Source of the DNA: Dehalococcoidia bacterium
Lineage (GTDB): Bacteria; Chloroflexota; Dehalococcoidia; Lucifugimonadales; JAGWBF01
Length of the DNA stretch: 64,000 nt
Assembly (NCBI GenBank): GCA_965116325.1
Contig: OZ220675.1
Location: 385,138-449,137 of the forward strand
Reading direction: 5' to 3'
Below, in pieces: positions 61,817 through 64,000 of this stretch. Position 1 is the stretch's first letter, and each line of letters starts with the position of its first letter. The translations under genes and the position numbers were made by a program. The notes under the pieces were generated by a model that saw nothing but the letters and a program-made list of their open reading frames with translations, was not told the origin of the DNA and ran no database searches.

Positions 61817-62956
61817 TTAGTAGACTCCCGGGAAGATGCGATACTTCACCCGGGACTTGTACTCCGCCCACTTCTCCGCGCCGTATTTCTCTGCGCAATG
61901 CCTGTCGTCATCACGCTGCCTAAAGGTGAACAAGGTGACTATGAAGACGAAGTATGTCCACGCCCACGGGTTGGCAAAGTGGCCGAACACCAGGGCAATG
62001 GACAGAGAGAGGAACCCCTCACCCATGTAGTTGAAGTGACGTGCAACACCCCAAAACCCGCTATGCAGAATCTTGCGTTCGCCGACCTCGATGTACTTGG
62101 GCTCGATAAGTCTCAGGAACTTACGGTCGGGCCATCGCTTGAAGGTGTACTTCTGGAGGTTGGCGCCCCGGGAGATGCTCCAGCCCAACAGAAACAACGA
62201 GGCTGTGCCGATGAGCCAAACGTAGGTCCACGCCGTCGAGAATCCCGGGTCCGGGTGAGCAGCCATGCCCCACAGCGGGAGGATGAACAGCCAGCCGTAC
62301 ACTATCAGGCCTCCCCAGAAAAGCATGAAGCCCAGCCTTTCGTGGATCAGGTCGTAGGTGTAGAGCTGTACCCGCTCGAAGATGAAATAGTCCATTACGT
62401 AGAAGGTGAAGAAGCCGGCATACAGGTAAATCCCCGGGTTTGCAGCGTCGCCGAACCGTTCATGATGGTACGCAGCCCCGGACAGGGCGTTTAGGGCCAG
62501 CATGGACCCACCGACGACATAGAAGTACATCTTGATGTCGAAGCGGTCTCTGAACAGGGATATCTCCCGCGCCCGTCCTGTCCAGAACTCGGCAATGGGA
62601 TTCTTCGAAGCAACTCGCGGCTGGCTGAGCACTGCGATGGCGGCAAATACGGCGGCGAAGAGAGTCCCCCCGGCCACTGCGTATATGGTCGACCGGAAGA
62701 ACCAGTCGCGAGGCATGCCGGTGAGCTCGAACCACCAGACCAGCAAAGCAATGACGTAAACGAGAATCCCGTTTAACCGATAGCTGCGGGGCTCGCCGGT
62801 CTTCTCGTCAATGACGTAGCCGGGTACTCGCCTGGCAGGCAGAATGATCTGGGCCAGGAGGAAGGCAGCGAACACGGCCAGAGGGGTGAAAAACCCTGCT
62901 ATCGCTTCCGTCCGCGAAAGTTCAAATAGATGTTCGATGCCAAGCCATTCGATCAT
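61817..62956 (-). CDS. ERG4/ERG24-like (sterol-reductase family) integral membrane reductase
   Basis: Carries the C-terminal signature SGFWGVARHFNYMGE........R...DD..C..KYG..W..Y...V.YRI.PG.Y and about 8 TM helices. Confidence 0.7.
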   Translation of the reverse strand: MIEWLGIEHLFELSRTEAIAGFFTPLAVFAAFLLAQIILPARRVPGYVIDEKTGEPRSYRLNGILVYVIALLVWWFELTGMPRDWFFRSTIYAVAGGTLFAAVFAAIAVLSQPRVASKNPIAEFWTGRAREISLFRDRFDIKMYFYVVGGSMLALNALSGAAYHHERFGDAANPGIYLYAGFFTFYVMDYFIFERVQLYTYDLIHERLGFMLFWGGLIVYGWLFILPLWGMAAHPDPGFSTAWTYVWLIGTASLFLLGWSISRGANLQKYTFKRWPDRKFLRLIEPKYIEVGERKILHSGFWGVARHFNYMGEGFLSLSIALVFGHFANPWAWTYFVFIVTLFTFRQRDDDRHCAEKYGAEKWAEYKSRVKYRIFPGVY

Positions 62957-63217
62957 GACCGGATACTCCTTCCTCCAGTGACCTACGAGCTAAGCTCACT
63001 TCTGTATGATCGCTCGCAGGTACCCAATCACCAGCTATAAAGGCTAAGTTTGTTCCTCCCTACTGCGGCCGCGCCAGATCATGCGGTCAATGTCAGGAAA
63101 ATCCAGTATCATTCGAGCCTGTGCTGCTTTGCTCCTCCATCTTCCAGGGGAGTATAATTGGTGCAGTGGTGCGAGGCATAGTCCATTCATATTCCAAGAT
63201 AGTACCAGGGGAGGGCG

Positions 63218-64000
63218 TATGAATACGCCGACAAAGGCTCCCTCAACCGACAAGACGGACCATCTCCTAAGTTTGCCCGAAGAGGTCCTCTTGATGCTCC
63301 TCAACGAGGAGAACGGATACTTTTACCAGGTGCCCGGTTGGCACTTGAACTGCGCCATCGTCGGGGCGGTAATCGCCGAGCTTTCACTAATATCTCGCAT
63401 CGACACGGATACCGAATCCCTCTGGGTGATTGACCAGACTGCGACGGGCAACCCAGTCCTAGATCCTATACTGGAAGAAATTGCCGCAGCTTCCACACCC
63501 CATAAGACCCAGTTCTGGATCGAGAGGCTAGCCAACCGCGCAGAAGACATTATCGACATGACCCTGGACCGTCTGGTCGAGCTCAAAGTTCTCAAATATC
63601 ACGACGGTGATTTCTGGACATTGTCCAAGACGGACTGGCAGACGGAACTGTCCGGCGGTACCCCTGACGTCTCTATAGACCAGGACGTCAGGACCCGCAT
63701 TAGCCGGGTGATCTTCAACAACGAGATTCCCGACCCAAGAGATGTCATGACGATATCTCTCATCAATACGTGCGATGTTTTTCGCTTTATATTCGACCTC
63801 GACGACGTAGGGGAAGAGCGCATCCATTTCATCTCAGGGATGGATGTTATCAGCCGGTCCATCGCCGACGCAGTCGCCCAGAACATTGCCGGACCGCTGC
63901 TTAGGCGTTCAGCGTTGTCCAGGAAGATCCCAAAGGTTTCGCTGACACGCTCGGTGTTGAGTCGGCATTTTCGACATGGCAACATTCCAGCTCTCTTCGC
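63218..64000 (+). CDS. GPP34/GOLPH3-family protein, 3' end beyond the window (not in the ORF track because no stop is reached)
   Basis: GGGGAGGG RBS and ATG at 63218. The translation MNTPTKAPSTDKTDHLLSLPEEVLLMLLNEENGYFYQVPGWHLNCAIVGAVIAEL... stays open for 261 codons to the window end. Confidence 0.7.

Overview
This is a GC-rich, gene-dense bacterial chromosomal segment with about 70 protein genes, two structured RNA genes and several intergenic repeat families. All calls come from reading the supplied ORF translations and the DNA by eye; no searches were run, so family assignments rest on recognised motifs. Most of the content is core metabolism and housekeeping. It includes TCA genes (an icd-family dehydrogenase, mdh, and sdhA/sdhB plus an HdrB-like CCG subunit with no membrane anchor). 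It includes a contiguous NADH:quinone oxidoreductase operon, nuoABCDHIJK-(DUF2007-like ORF)-LMN, with no nuoEFG. It also includes nadK, a NUDIX hydrolase, gltX, an RluD-like gene, lspA, the preQ1 pathway queFDCE, recN, ribosomal proteins L21/L27/L31, tmRNA (tag GERELALAA) and tRNA-Ala(UGC). The tmRNA tag, the 11-subunit nuo layout and the repeat types suggest a Chloroflexota-like, possibly marine, organism; this is inference only. The main result is four in-frame UGA codons that fall exactly on redox-active cysteine positions in three genes. (1) A ferredoxin:thioredoxin-reductase catalytic-subunit homolog (37247-37663) has both active-site disulfide cysteines (the CPC and CHC motifs) replaced by UGA, which predicts a diselenide. 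(2) The next gene (37679-37915) is an NrdH/glutaredoxin-like protein with a U-G-P-C active site. (3) An OsmC-like peroxiredoxin (43774-44229) has its C-terminal conserved C-P replaced by U-P. Each UGA is followed by a stem-loop. UGA is an ordinary stop elsewhere in the window. In every case the ORF track shows only truncated pieces or a longer antisense shadow ORF. Secondary observations are a roughly 225-aa insertion in NuoJ, a small DUF2007-like gene inside the nuo operon, a GatC-like/amidase pair resembling AtzG/AtzE, a degenerate ATCase-family protein, an ERG4/ERG24-like reductase next to a GPP34/GOLPH3-like gene, and several palindromic or tandem repeat families near the tmRNA and upstream of rplU.
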